A stretch of 64,000 bases of DNA from Parapedobacter sp. Its GTDB lineage: Bacteria > Bacteroidota > Bacteroidia > Sphingobacteriales > Sphingobacteriaceae. The notes beneath the pieces were generated by a model, which was given only the letters and a program-made list of their open reading frames with translations, made no database searches and was not told the DNA's origin. The position numbers and the translations under genes are program-made. Location: assembly GCF_035556095.1 (NCBI RefSeq), contig NZ_DATMFT010000016.1, forward strand, positions 53,508-117,507. The letters run 5' to 3'. Each line of letters opens with the position of its first letter. The first letter of the stretch is position 1. Positions 15,307 to 25,147 of the stretch are shown piece after piece.

Positions 15307-16449
15307 ATGAGACACCGTGTAGGAATTATCATGAATGGGGTTACGGGCCGTATGGGTACCAACCAGCATCTGATGAGAAGTATTGTGGAGATTATAAAGC
15401 AGGGCGGGGTGGAGCTGCCTAATGGGGACACCATTATGCCTGACCCCGTATTGGTCGGCAGGAACCAAGCCAAGCTGGAAGAATTGGGCAAAAGGTCCGG
15501 GATTTCCAAAATCTCGACAGACTTGGATGCATTGCTGCAGGATGAAAGTTATACGGTTTATTTTGACGCCCAAACGACGGGGCGACGGGCCGAAGCCATC
15601 AGGAAAGCAGTGCAGGCCGGTAAGCATATTTATTGTGAAAAGCCTATGGCCACCGATACGGCCACTGCCTTGGAGCTCTACCAGCTATGTAAGAAAGCCG
15701 GCGTAAAAAATGGCGTGGTACAAGACAAGCTATGGCTGCCTGGTCTCCGGAAAATCAAGCGGTTGATAGAAAGTGGTTTTTTCGGGGAGATCCTTTCCGT
15801 CCGCGGGGAGTTCGGTTACTGGGTATTTGAAGGAGATACTATACCTGCACAACGACCTTCGTGGAATTACCGTAAAGAAGATGATGGGGGAATTATTGTG
15901 GATATGCTCTGCCACTGGCGGTATGTGCTGGATAATATTTTCGGAAAGGTAAAGGCGGTTTCCTGTCTTGGCGCAACGCATATCAAAGAGCGGGTGGATG
16001 AACAAGGGAATACATATGCATGTACCGCTGATGACTCGGCTTACGCCACATTCGAGCTTGAAGGGGATGTTATTGCGCACTTCAATTCGTCGTGGACCGT
16101 CAGGGTAAGACGGGATGACCTGCTCACGCTGCAAGTAGACGGAACCAAGGGCTCGGCGGTGGCAGGACTGCGGGAGTGCTATATACAGCATTATGGCAAC
16201 ACCCCCAAGCCGGTATGGAATCCTGATATCCCGCAACCTATCGACTTCTATGAGGGGTGGTCTAAGGTTCCCGAGCAGGAACCCTATGACAATGCATTTA
16301 AGGTGCAATGGGAGCTTTTCTTGAAGCACGTCGTGCTTGATGAGCCGTTCCCATGGGATATGAAAGAGGGCGCCAAGGGAATCCAGCTCGCTGAAAAAGG
16401 GATAGAAAGTTGGGAGAAGCGAGCGTGGGTTGCGATACCGGAATTATAG
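15307..16449 (+). CDS. Gfo/Idh/MocA-family NAD(P)-dependent oxidoreductase
   Basis: 380 aa. N-terminal RVGIIMNGVTGRMG Rossmann segment and an EKP motif (YCEKPMA). Confidence 0.8.
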   Translation: MRHRVGIIMNGVTGRMGTNQHLMRSIVEIIKQGGVELPNGDTIMPDPVLVGRNQAKLEELGKRSGISKISTDLDALLQDESYTVYFDAQTTGRRAEAIRKAVQAGKHIYCEKPMATDTATALELYQLCKKAGVKNGVVQDKLWLPGLRKIKRLIESGFFGEILSVRGEFGYWVFEGDTIPAQRPSWNYRKEDDGGIIVDMLCHWRYVLDNIFGKVKAVSCLGATHIKERVDEQGNTYACTADDSAYATFELEGDVIAHFNSSWTVRVRRDDLLTLQVDGTKGSAVAGLRECYIQHYGNTPKPVWNPDIPQPIDFYEGWSKVPEQEPYDNAFKVQWELFLKHVVLDEPFPWDMKEGAKGIQLAEKGIESWEKRAWVAIPEL

Positions 16450-16471
16450 GTTGGATAAATCAGTTGATCTC

Positions 16472-17242
16472 ATGAAGAAGATAGCATTGGTAACGGGAGG
16501 ATCCAGGGGGATTGGGCTAGGTATAGCCCGGTCCCTCGCCGGGGCAGGATTCGACTTGGCCATTAACGGGGTGCGGGATGAAATGGATGTCGCCCTGCCG
16601 CTTGAGGAGTTGCGGCAATTGGGTGCAGACGTGATTTATTGCCGAGGTGACGTGGGTGATGCGGGAGCACGGCGTGCGATCATGGATAGCGTGAAGGCGC
16701 ATTTCGGGCAATTGAACGTGTTGGTGAATAATGCCGGGGTGGCGCCGAAAGAACGGAAAGATATCCTGGAAGCCACTGAAGAGAGTTTTGATTACGTGTT
16801 GCGGACCAACCTAACCGGCCCGTATTTTCTCTCCCAGGCCGCTGCAAATTGGATGATTGCGCAGAAATCTGCCGATGCCGATTTTGAGGCAGCAATTATC
16901 AACATTTCTTCCATTTCGGCTACTGTTGTATCCACGAACAGGGGGGAATATTGCGTAGGCAAAGCGGGCATGAGTATGGCCACGCAATTGTTTGCAGCGC
17001 GGTTGGGCGAATACCGTATACCGGTATACGAAGTTCGCCCCGGCATCGTGGCTACAGACATGACCGCGAAAGTAACGGAAAAATATGATAAGCTGATTGC
17101 CGAAGGACTTTGTGTGTTGCCAAGGTGGGGGATGCCTGACGATGTGGGCAAAACCGTTTCGGCGCTCGCCACTGGTAATTTCCCCTATACAACGGGGCAG
17201 GTTATCATGGTTGATGGGGGGATGAATATTCCCCGGTTGTAG
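16472..17242 (+). CDS. SDR-family oxidoreductase
   Basis: MKKIALVTGGSRGIGLGIA (TGxxxGIG), NNAG and a YxxxK-type centre (YCVGKAG). ATG at 16472 within the longer track ORF. Confidence 0.85.
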   Translation: MKKIALVTGGSRGIGLGIARSLAGAGFDLAINGVRDEMDVALPLEELRQLGADVIYCRGDVGDAGARRAIMDSVKAHFGQLNVLVNNAGVAPKERKDILEATEESFDYVLRTNLTGPYFLSQAAANWMIAQKSADADFEAAIINISSISATVVSTNRGEYCVGKAGMSMATQLFAARLGEYRIPVYEVRPGIVATDMTAKVTEKYDKLIAEGLCVLPRWGMPDDVGKTVSALATGNFPYTTGQVIMVDGGMNIPRL

Positions 17243-17340
17243 TGTCGGTTTTAGTTAAGTATACAGACGTATTTGAATGATGGGTTTTACCGCCAATGAC
17301 ATGTGAAAATATAGCATTATATAATTAATAAACCTAAGAG

Positions 17341-18558
17341 ATGGATAATAGCATACAATTAAGCCAGATGGAACAAGGGCAACGAAGTTCGAAGCGGTAT
17401 ATCGTTATCACGGCCTTTCTTGCACTCTTTGCAATCGTTGGATTCGGGTTCTACGGACTGCCGTTCTTTTTTGATTTCATCATGGAGGAGCGTGGTTGGT
17501 CCAGAACGGTCATTACTTCGGGTAATGCCGTTGGCAAGCTGATTGTCGCCCCATTGTTTGGATTTTTTGCGGGGTGGCTAATCGACCGCTACGGGCCACG
17601 GCAGTTGATGATGACTGGCGCTTTGATGCTGGCGATTGCGTTGATCGGGATCGCCTATTCCAGCTCTTTGGAAATGTTTTACCTCTTCTATGTATTCAAT
17701 GCGTTGGGGTACGTCTTCGGAGGTCCGCTACCGTGCCAGGTGCTCATTTCCCGGTGGTTTAACAAGAATAGAGGGAAAGCCATGGGCATTGCCTATCTGG
17801 GTATCGGGGCCGGTGGCGCATTGGCACCTTTGCTCGCTGCCCGGCTTGAATTGTGGTACGATTGGCACGTGGCTTTGGCCATGCTGGGGGTAATCGGGTT
17901 TCTGATGGTGTTTATCTTTTCCTATTTCATTAAAGACAAACGGGAAAAGCCTGCACCGGTAGCCCAACAGAAAGTGGAAGGCGGTTCTATGCGGAGTATA
18001 CTCCGAAGCCGCAACTTCTACCTCTTGGCAATAGGCAGCATGTGCTCGATCGGGGTTGTGGGCGGCATAGGCCAACACATCAAACTCTATTTGAGCGATC
18101 TGAACTATTCGCAGACAGAGGCTGCGCATGTGATGTCATTCGTGTTATTATCCAGCCTGATTGGCCGTGTACTGATGGGTTGGCTGGCCGATATCATTAA
18201 CCGGAAGTATGTCATGTTGACGATCTACCTGATTGTTATGGCATCGATCCCTTTGCTTCTGCTCCCCGACTTTGCCGGCCGTATATATATTTTCGCAATC
18301 GTTTTCGGTATCGGGCTTGGTGGCGACTACATGATCATTCCACTGATGGCTGGCGATCTGTTCGGGTTGAAGGCACTCGGTAGGACCATGGGGATTATCC
18401 TCGTCGCTGATGGGGTGGCAGAGGCCCTTTTCCCCGTGCTACTGGGGGCATTATATAGCGAAAGTACCGGATATACTTTAGGGTTTTCGCTATTGATCGG
18501 AGTCGCATTGCTCGGCGCTATTTTTATCTCCTTCTTGCCAAAGTCGCAGCAAGAATGA
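17341..18558 (+). CDS. MFS transporter
   Basis: 405 aa, about 12 predicted TM helices, DRYGPR motif between TM2 and TM3. Confidence 0.8.
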   Translation: MDNSIQLSQMEQGQRSSKRYIVITAFLALFAIVGFGFYGLPFFFDFIMEERGWSRTVITSGNAVGKLIVAPLFGFFAGWLIDRYGPRQLMMTGALMLAIALIGIAYSSSLEMFYLFYVFNALGYVFGGPLPCQVLISRWFNKNRGKAMGIAYLGIGAGGALAPLLAARLELWYDWHVALAMLGVIGFLMVFIFSYFIKDKREKPAPVAQQKVEGGSMRSILRSRNFYLLAIGSMCSIGVVGGIGQHIKLYLSDLNYSQTEAAHVMSFVLLSSLIGRVLMGWLADIINRKYVMLTIYLIVMASIPLLLLPDFAGRIYIFAIVFGIGLGGDYMIIPLMAGDLFGLKALGRTMGIILVADGVAEALFPVLLGALYSESTGYTLGFSLLIGVALLGAIFISFLPKSQQE

Positions 18559-18739
18559 GCGGGAATGCGGAACACAATACCTAGGTTAAGATTAAAATAC
18601 AGTCAAAATAAATGAGTATGGAAAAAGAAAAACTAAAATGAAAGGCAGCTTTTTAGCGTCTTAAGCAATCTAGCAGCTACAGCATTTAAGCGAATGGTAG
18701 TGTTATGCTGATTATTAAAAACCAATAAAAACGAAAAAT

Positions 18740-21700
18740 ATGAATTCTTATGTAGACCTTAAAGGCCGTACCCGACTGCCTTTGGTAAATCGGGTACTGC
18801 GTAATCTCGTAGTAACCACGGTGGCGGTAGTGGCAGCGATGCCCTACGTGTCGGCGGGAATGTTTAGCCCTGCTGATGTCACCTTACACCGACTGGAAAC
18901 GTCGGTACGGAAGCCCAACAGTATGTTGCAGGATACGGAGGTTCGCGGTACCATACGCGACTCGACAGGATCATTGCTTACCGGTGTATCCATTCACGTT
19001 AAAAACCGGACGTCTATCGGTACGACCACCGATCTCAACGGACGCTATTTATTGAGTGTTCCGGCTGGATCCACGCTGACGTTCTCAATGGTAGGGTTCG
19101 AGACCCAAGAGATAGCGGTGGGTAACCAAGAAGTCATCGATGTGGTGCTTGTCGAATCCTCATCCATGTTGGATGATGTGGTCGTGACCGCTTTTGGTGG
19201 CGCGGTAAAGCGCACGGACATGATCGGCGCCATTACGTCGGTTAAGCCCTCAGATCTCAAAGTGCCATCCAGTAACCTGACCACCGCTTTGGCGGGACGG
19301 GTTGCCGGTATGATTGCCTATCAACGAAGCGGCGAGCCAGGTATGGACAATGCGGATTTCTTTATCCGTGGTGTAACCACATTCGGTTATAAAAAAGACC
19401 CGCTGATCCTGATTGACAACCTCGAAGTGACCACCACGGAATTGGCCCGTCTTCAACCGGATGACGTAGCGAGTTTCTCGATCATGAAAGATGCCACTGC
19501 AACGGCGCTGTATGGTGCCCGGGGGGCCAATGGAGTCATCCTGATTACGACCAAAGAAGGTACCGAAGGGAAGGTGAAAATTAATGTGCGGCTGGAAAAC
19601 TCGATCTCGGCACCTACACGCAACGTGGAGCTGGCCGATCCCGTTACTTATATGGAGTTGCATAATGAAGCCGTGAAAACGCGGGATCCGTTGGGGGAAC
19701 AGCCTTATTCCCAAGGGAAGATAGATAACACAAAGGCCGGAACGAATGCGATAGCCTACCCAGCGACTGATTGGCGGAAAGAACTTTTCAAGGACTATAC
19801 CATGAACCAACGGTTCAACCTCAACCTTTCCGGCGGTGGGAGCGTTGCCCGTTACTACGTGGCTGGAGCGGTTACCAAAGATAATGGCGTATTACAGGTA
19901 GATCCGCGTAATAACTTCAATAGTAACATCGATCTGACGAGTTATAACCTTCGCTCGAACGTCAATGTTAACCTGACGAAATCCACCGAATTGATTATCA
20001 GGATGAATGGCAACTTTGACGATTACACCGGGCCGATAGCGGGGGGAAAAGCGATGTACCAAATGGTGATGCGTACCAATCCGGTTCTTTTTTCCGCCTT
20101 TTATCCACCGGGCGAAGATTATCAGCACGTTACCCATATCATGTTTGGAAATTATGAGGAAGGTAATTACCTGAATCCTTATGCGGAAATGGTGAAAGGG
20201 TACCGTGATTATTCACGCTCGTATGTACTGGCCCAGTTGGAGTTGAAACAAGACCTGGCTTTCCTCACCGAAGGCTTGCAATTCCGTGCGTTGATGAATA
20301 CGAACCGGACCTCGTTTTTTGATGTCAACAGAGCCTATTCGCCATTCTACTACTCGTTAAACGGTTATAACCGGCGTGCGGACACCTATAGCTTATCGCT
20401 CATCAATGAGGATGGTGGACGGGAATACCTCGACTATAATGAAGGGCCGAAGGAGGTGAGTTCTATCTTTTACCTGGAGTCTGCGTTGAGCTACAACCGG
20501 ACATTCGGCGAAAAACATGGTTTGAGCGGCATGTTGGTATACATCATGCAAGAGCGGCTGTCGGCCAACGCGGGGAGTCTGCAGCTCTCCCTCCCGTATC
20601 GGAATATAGGTTTGTCGGGTAGAACAACGTATGCATACGATAGCCGGTATTTCTTCGAGTTCAATTTCGGCTATAACGGATCCGAGCGGTTTTACAAAAA
20701 CAACCGTTTCGGCTTTTTCCCGTCTGCCGGGTTAGCATGGACGATTTCCAACGAAAAATTCTTTGAACCGATTACGTCGACGGTCAACAACCTGCGCGTA
20801 CGGGCCACTTACGGCTTGGTTGGTAACGATGCAATCGGGAGGCCGGAAGACCGGTTTTTCTATTTGTCGAATGTAGACATGGAGGCCGGTGGAGGCACGT
20901 TCGGCCGGGACAATGGCTATTCACGGTCGGGTGTTAACGTAACGCGGTACGCCAATTCGGACATCACTTGGGAGCAAGCCGAGAAGATGAATGTTGCTTT
21001 GGAAGTCGGACTGTTCAAGAAATTGGATATAACCGCAGATTTCTTTAAAGAACACCGGACCAATATCCTGATGGAACGGTCGCACATCCCATCAACTATG
21101 GGGCTTGGCACCGTCAATGTTATGGCCAATGTGGGTGAAGCCACAGGCCGGGGGGTCGATCTGTCGGCCAATTATTCGCATAGTTTTATCAATGGGTTGT
21201 GGCTTCAAGGAATGGGCAATTTCACGTTTGCGCAAAGTGCTTTTAAAGTATATGAGGAGCCGGAATATAGCGAGTCGTGGCAGTCGCGTGTTGGCTATTC
21301 CGTCAATCAGGAATGGGGCTACATTGCCGAGCGCTTATTTGTTGATGAGCATGAGGTGGCCAATTCGCCGAGGCAGAATTTCGGTGAGTATATGGCTGGC
21401 GATATCAAGTATCGTGACGTCAATCGGGATGGCCAGATTACCGAGTTGGATATGGTTCCCATTGGCTTTCCGACGATGCCCGAAATTGTATATGGATTTG
21501 GTCTTTCCGCAGGATGGAAGAACCTTGATTTCAGTGTGTTCTTCCAAGGCCTGGCTAGGGAGTCATTCCGGATCGGCGTTGCCCAAACGGCGCCTTTTCT
21601 CAGTCATCGATACAGTCCCTCCGAATTGCCGGGGATAACGCTTCAGAATCAGCTGCTCAAAGCGTATGCGGACGACCATTGGTCTGAAGACAACCGGAAC

Positions 21701-21994
21701 CTCTACGCATTGTGGCCCCGGTTAACTGCCACCACCAATACAAACAATACCCAACGCAGTACGTGGTTTCAGCGCGACGGCAGCTTCCTACGGTTGAAGC
21801 AGGCTGAAATCGGATATACGCTGCCCCAGGGCCTCACTGATCGGGTGTGGCTGAATAGCTTGCGTTTTTATGTGAGCGGGACGAACCTGCTATCGTGGAG
21901 TAAGTTTAAACTATGGGACGTGGAGATGGCGGACAATGGCTTGGGCTACCCCGTACAGCGCGTTGTCAATTTGGGTTTACATGTTTCATTATAA
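18740..21994 (+). CDS. SusC/RagA-family TonB-dependent outer-membrane transporter
   Basis: 1084 aa. Carboxypeptidase-regulatory-like VRGTIRDSTGSLLTGVSIHVKN, a plug (DATATALYGARGANGVILITTK), and a C-terminal beta-barrel ending in ..NLGLHVSL. Confidence 0.9.
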   Translation: MNSYVDLKGRTRLPLVNRVLRNLVVTTVAVVAAMPYVSAGMFSPADVTLHRLETSVRKPNSMLQDTEVRGTIRDSTGSLLTGVSIHVKNRTSIGTTTDLNGRYLLSVPAGSTLTFSMVGFETQEIAVGNQEVIDVVLVESSSMLDDVVVTAFGGAVKRTDMIGAITSVKPSDLKVPSSNLTTALAGRVAGMIAYQRSGEPGMDNADFFIRGVTTFGYKKDPLILIDNLEVTTTELARLQPDDVASFSIMKDATATALYGARGANGVILITTKEGTEGKVKINVRLENSISAPTRNVELADPVTYMELHNEAVKTRDPLGEQPYSQGKIDNTKAGTNAIAYPATDWRKELFKDYTMNQRFNLNLSGGGSVARYYVAGAVTKDNGVLQVDPRNNFNSNIDLTSYNLRSNVNVNLTKSTELIIRMNGNFDDYTGPIAGGKAMYQMVMRTNPVLFSAFYPPGEDYQHVTHIMFGNYEEGNYLNPYAEMVKGYRDYSRSYVLAQLELKQDLAFLTEGLQFRALMNTNRTSFFDVNRAYSPFYYSLNGYNRRADTYSLSLINEDGGREYLDYNEGPKEVSSIFYLESALSYNRTFGEKHGLSGMLVYIMQERLSANAGSLQLSLPYRNIGLSGRTTYAYDSRYFFEFNFGYNGSERFYKNNRFGFFPSAGLAWTISNEKFFEPITSTVNNLRVRATYGLVGNDAIGRPEDRFFYLSNVDMEAGGGTFGRDNGYSRSGVNVTRYANSDITWEQAEKMNVALEVGLFKKLDITADFFKEHRTNILMERSHIPSTMGLGTVNVMANVGEATGRGVDLSANYSHSFINGLWLQGMGNFTFAQSAFKVYEEPEYSESWQSRVGYSVNQEWGYIAERLFVDEHEVANSPRQNFGEYMAGDIKYRDVNRDGQITELDMVPIGFPTMPEIVYGFGLSAGWKNLDFSVFFQGLARESFRIGVAQTAPFLSHRYSPSELPGITLQNQLLKAYADDHWSEDNRNLYALWPRLTATTNTNNTQRSTWFQRDGSFLRLKQAEIGYTLPQGLTDRVWLNSLRFYVSGTNLLSWSKFKLWDVEMADNGLGYPVQRVVNLGLHVSL

Positions 21995-22006
21995 ATGGAG
22001 TAGATC

Positions 22007-23905
22007 ATGAAAGAAATTAAAAGAATAGGAATCGGTGTTTTATTGTTGTTGGGTATTTCCTGCAACAGCTACCTTGACGTGGTTCCTGATAACGTGGCAA
22101 CCGTGGATCATGCATTTAACATGCGCAATACCGCAGAAAAATATCTATTTACCTGTTATCGTTACCTCCCGTCACATGCGAGTTTAGGTGATAACCCTGC
22201 CTTTGCAACTGGCGACGAATTCTGGTTTTCCAATTCGTTTCTCCAGTTCCACTCGGCACCGGGATGGCAGATTGCCCGAGGTAACCAGAGCATTGTCTCC
22301 CCGATTTTAAACTATTGGGACGGCGTCAGTCAACCGTTCAAAGGTATCCGCGACTGCAATATCTTCATCGAAAATATTGGTAGGGTACCCGACATGCTGG
22401 ATGAAGAAAAGGACCGGTGGATTGCGGAGGCGAAGTTTTTAAAAGCCTATTATCATTTTTGGTTGATGCGGATGTATGGGCCGATTCCGATCATCCGCGA
22501 AAATCTGCCGATTTCCGCGTCGGTTCAAGAGGTCCGTGTGGCGCGGGAGCCGATCGACGATTGTGTGGCCTATATTGTGGAGCTGTTGGACGAAGCCGTA
22601 GTGAACCTGCCTGACGTCATTTCGGATGAATTGACAGAACTGGGACGTATTACGAAAACCATTGCCTTGTCGGTGAAAGCGAAAGTGTTGGTGACGGCAG
22701 CCAGTCCACTATTCAATGGAAATAACGAGTATGTAGGATTCGCTGGGCCCGACGGACGGGAGTTGTTCAACCAAACGTATTCGACCGATAAGTGGCAACA
22801 GGCAGCGGATGCCTGCCGGGAAGCGATCGATGCATGTCATGAGCTGGGTATGAAATTATACACGTTTGAGCTCGGCATCAGTCAGTTTTCGCCGTCGGAA
22901 GAGACCATCACCCAGATGAGTATACGGAATAGCGTAACGGAGCGATGGAATTCAGAGATTATTTGGGGCAATACAAATAGTACCGCTGTGGCTTTGCAGC
23001 GGCAAGCGACACCGCCGCTGGACCCTACAAACAGCGTAAATGCCAACACACTGGGAAATATGGCGCCGCCAATCAAAATCGCGGAGCAGTTCTATTCGAA
23101 AAACGGGGTGCCCATCGATGAAGATGTGACCTATGATTACGCAGGGCGTTTTGAATTGCGTGAGGCAGATGAAGCAGATAAGTATCATCTGCAAACGGGA
23201 TATACGACTGTTGGGCTCCATTTTGACCGCGAAGAGCGGTTTTATGCCAGCTTGGCGTTCGACGGCGGACTGTGGTATGGCCAGGGCCGATTAGATGATA
23301 ACGATCAGTGGACCATCCAGGCTAAATTGGGGCAAGCACAAACGCGTGTATCCAATAACCGTTTCTCCGTAACCGGATACTGGCCCAAAAAACTGGTTAA
23401 TTATGAAAACATCATCGGTGCGGGAAACACCTATACCGTCCAATACTACCCTTGGCCTGTAATGCGGCTGTCGGATTTGTATTTATTGTACGCCGAGGCA
23501 TTAAACGAACTGAATGAACAACCGAGCGACGAAACCTATGAATACTTAAATAAGGTTCGCGAGCGGGCGGGTTTGCCGACGGTCCAGGATGCATGGACAA
23601 ACTTCTCCAGACAGCCGGATAAATTCACCACACAGGTGGGGCTGCGGAGTATCATCCAGCAAGAGCGGCTGAACGAGCTGGCTTTTGAAGGGAAACGATT
23701 CTGGGACCTGAGGAGATGGAAACGTGCACATATCGAGTTGAATAACCTGATCACCGGTTGGGACATTGACCAAGAGAATCCGGAAACATACTATCGCCAA
23801 CGTGTATTATTCAACCAGACATTTATGATGCGTGATTATTTCTGGCCCATCCGGGAATCCAACCTGATTGTGAATCGGAATCTGGTGCAGAATCCGGGTT
23901 GGTAA
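22007..23905 (+). CDS. SusD/RagB-family nutrient-binding lipoprotein
   Basis: 632 aa. A lipobox (GISC) and the C-terminal ERLNELAFEGKRFWDLRRW...NPGW signature. Confidence 0.9.
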   Translation: MKEIKRIGIGVLLLLGISCNSYLDVVPDNVATVDHAFNMRNTAEKYLFTCYRYLPSHASLGDNPAFATGDEFWFSNSFLQFHSAPGWQIARGNQSIVSPILNYWDGVSQPFKGIRDCNIFIENIGRVPDMLDEEKDRWIAEAKFLKAYYHFWLMRMYGPIPIIRENLPISASVQEVRVAREPIDDCVAYIVELLDEAVVNLPDVISDELTELGRITKTIALSVKAKVLVTAASPLFNGNNEYVGFAGPDGRELFNQTYSTDKWQQAADACREAIDACHELGMKLYTFELGISQFSPSEETITQMSIRNSVTERWNSEIIWGNTNSTAVALQRQATPPLDPTNSVNANTLGNMAPPIKIAEQFYSKNGVPIDEDVTYDYAGRFELREADEADKYHLQTGYTTVGLHFDREERFYASLAFDGGLWYGQGRLDDNDQWTIQAKLGQAQTRVSNNRFSVTGYWPKKLVNYENIIGAGNTYTVQYYPWPVMRLSDLYLLYAEALNELNEQPSDETYEYLNKVRERAGLPTVQDAWTNFSRQPDKFTTQVGLRSIIQQERLNELAFEGKRFWDLRRWKRAHIELNNLITGWDIDQENPETYYRQRVLFNQTFMMRDYFWPIRESNLIVNRNLVQNPGW

Positions 23906-23940
23906 TGTACTTATGCAAATGATAGTCAAAATTTACGACC

Positions 23941-25134
23941 ATGAAAAAAATTAGCTTCTATTTTTGGATTGTATTGATATCAGGCGTACTGATTGGTGTC
24001 CAAGCTTGTAAGGATGAACCTGAACATACTCCAATTAGTCAGAATGATGATAAGCCGCAGGGCATCGCCAATCCACAAGTTAAAAACCTGCCGGGGGCAG
24101 CGCAGATAAGTTATGAATTGCCTCAAAGTAAAGGCTTATTGTATGTCAAAGCTGTTTATGAAATCCGTCCGGGGGTTATCCGGGAGGCAAAGGCTTCTTT
24201 TTACACCAATTCCATTGATATCGAAGGTTTCGCTAAAGAAGGAGAATATGATGTTAGTTTATATACGGTGGGGCGCAATGAACAGCACTCCGAACCCGTC
24301 GTTGTTAAGGTAACTCCATCCACTCCTCCCGTGGTGGACGTATTTGGATCGCTCGAAATCGTGGAAGATTGGGGTGGGGCCACCGTGCTGCTGACGAACG
24401 AGAGCGAAACGAGCATGACCGTGGAAGTGCTTACTACCGATGAGCAGGGCGACTTAGTCATTGCGGAAACATTTTATACAAAAATGCGCGACGCCCGGCT
24501 ACCAGTCAGAGGATATGACCCAGAAGAACGTCTTTTCGGCGTGGTGGTGCGAGATCATTGGGATAACCGGTCGGACACCTTGTTTGCAGAAGTGGTGCCG
24601 TGGCTGGAGGAAAGTATACCGAAACCGTACGTTAAGGTAGACTTGCCGACAGACTATACTGTCGCCCACAACAGCGGTACGGCGTATCTCGAACGCATTT
24701 GGGACGGCAATTACGGCGGTTCAGATTATGTATCGGTTCCCGGTCATGGTGTGCCGCAATGGTTCACATTCGATATGGGAACAGAAGCTAGGCTCTCCCG
24801 CGTGGTGCTCTTCAACCGGACACAGGCCCAGTATTTATATAATTCGGGTGCGGTGAAGCGTTGGGAGATTTACGGGTCAAACAACCCCAATCCGGATGGC
24901 AGTTTCGACGATAGTTGGACGTTACTGATGGAGTGCCAATCGATAAAGCCTTCGGGCTTACCTGCGGGTGAGAACACCGAGGAGGATCGGGCATACGCTG
25001 CGGCCGGCGAAGAGTTTATTTTCCCCGAAGGCACACCTCCGGTGCGTTATCTCCGCTGGAAAGTATACGAGAACTGGGGCAAAGTGACCCACGTGAATAT
25101 TGTCGAAATCGATCTTTTCGGCCAAGTACAATAA
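23941..25134 (+). CDS. PUL-associated surface lipoprotein with C-terminal F5/8 type C (discoidin)-like domain
   Basis: Lipobox (VQAC). PQWFTFDMGTEARLSRVVLFNR is shared with the next gene. Confidence 0.6.
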   Translation: MKKISFYFWIVLISGVLIGVQACKDEPEHTPISQNDDKPQGIANPQVKNLPGAAQISYELPQSKGLLYVKAVYEIRPGVIREAKASFYTNSIDIEGFAKEGEYDVSLYTVGRNEQHSEPVVVKVTPSTPPVVDVFGSLEIVEDWGGATVLLTNESETSMTVEVLTTDEQGDLVIAETFYTKMRDARLPVRGYDPEERLFGVVVRDHWDNRSDTLFAEVVPWLEESIPKPYVKVDLPTDYTVAHNSGTAYLERIWDGNYGGSDYVSVPGHGVPQWFTFDMGTEARLSRVVLFNRTQAQYLYNSGAVKRWEIYGSNNPNPDGSFDDSWTLLMECQSIKPSGLPAGENTEEDRAYAAAGEEFIFPEGTPPVRYLRWKVYENWGKVTHVNIVEIDLFGQVQ

Positions 25135-25147
25135 GTTAAACAAGCAA

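Noticed and set aside
18562-18571. 10-nt match (GGAATGCGGA) between the putative guide after tracr copy 2 (reverse complement of about 1329-1358) and the region upstream of the first SusC gene
   Set aside because: A 10-mer match is expected by chance several times per guide in 2 x 64 kb. The flanking bases do not extend the match.
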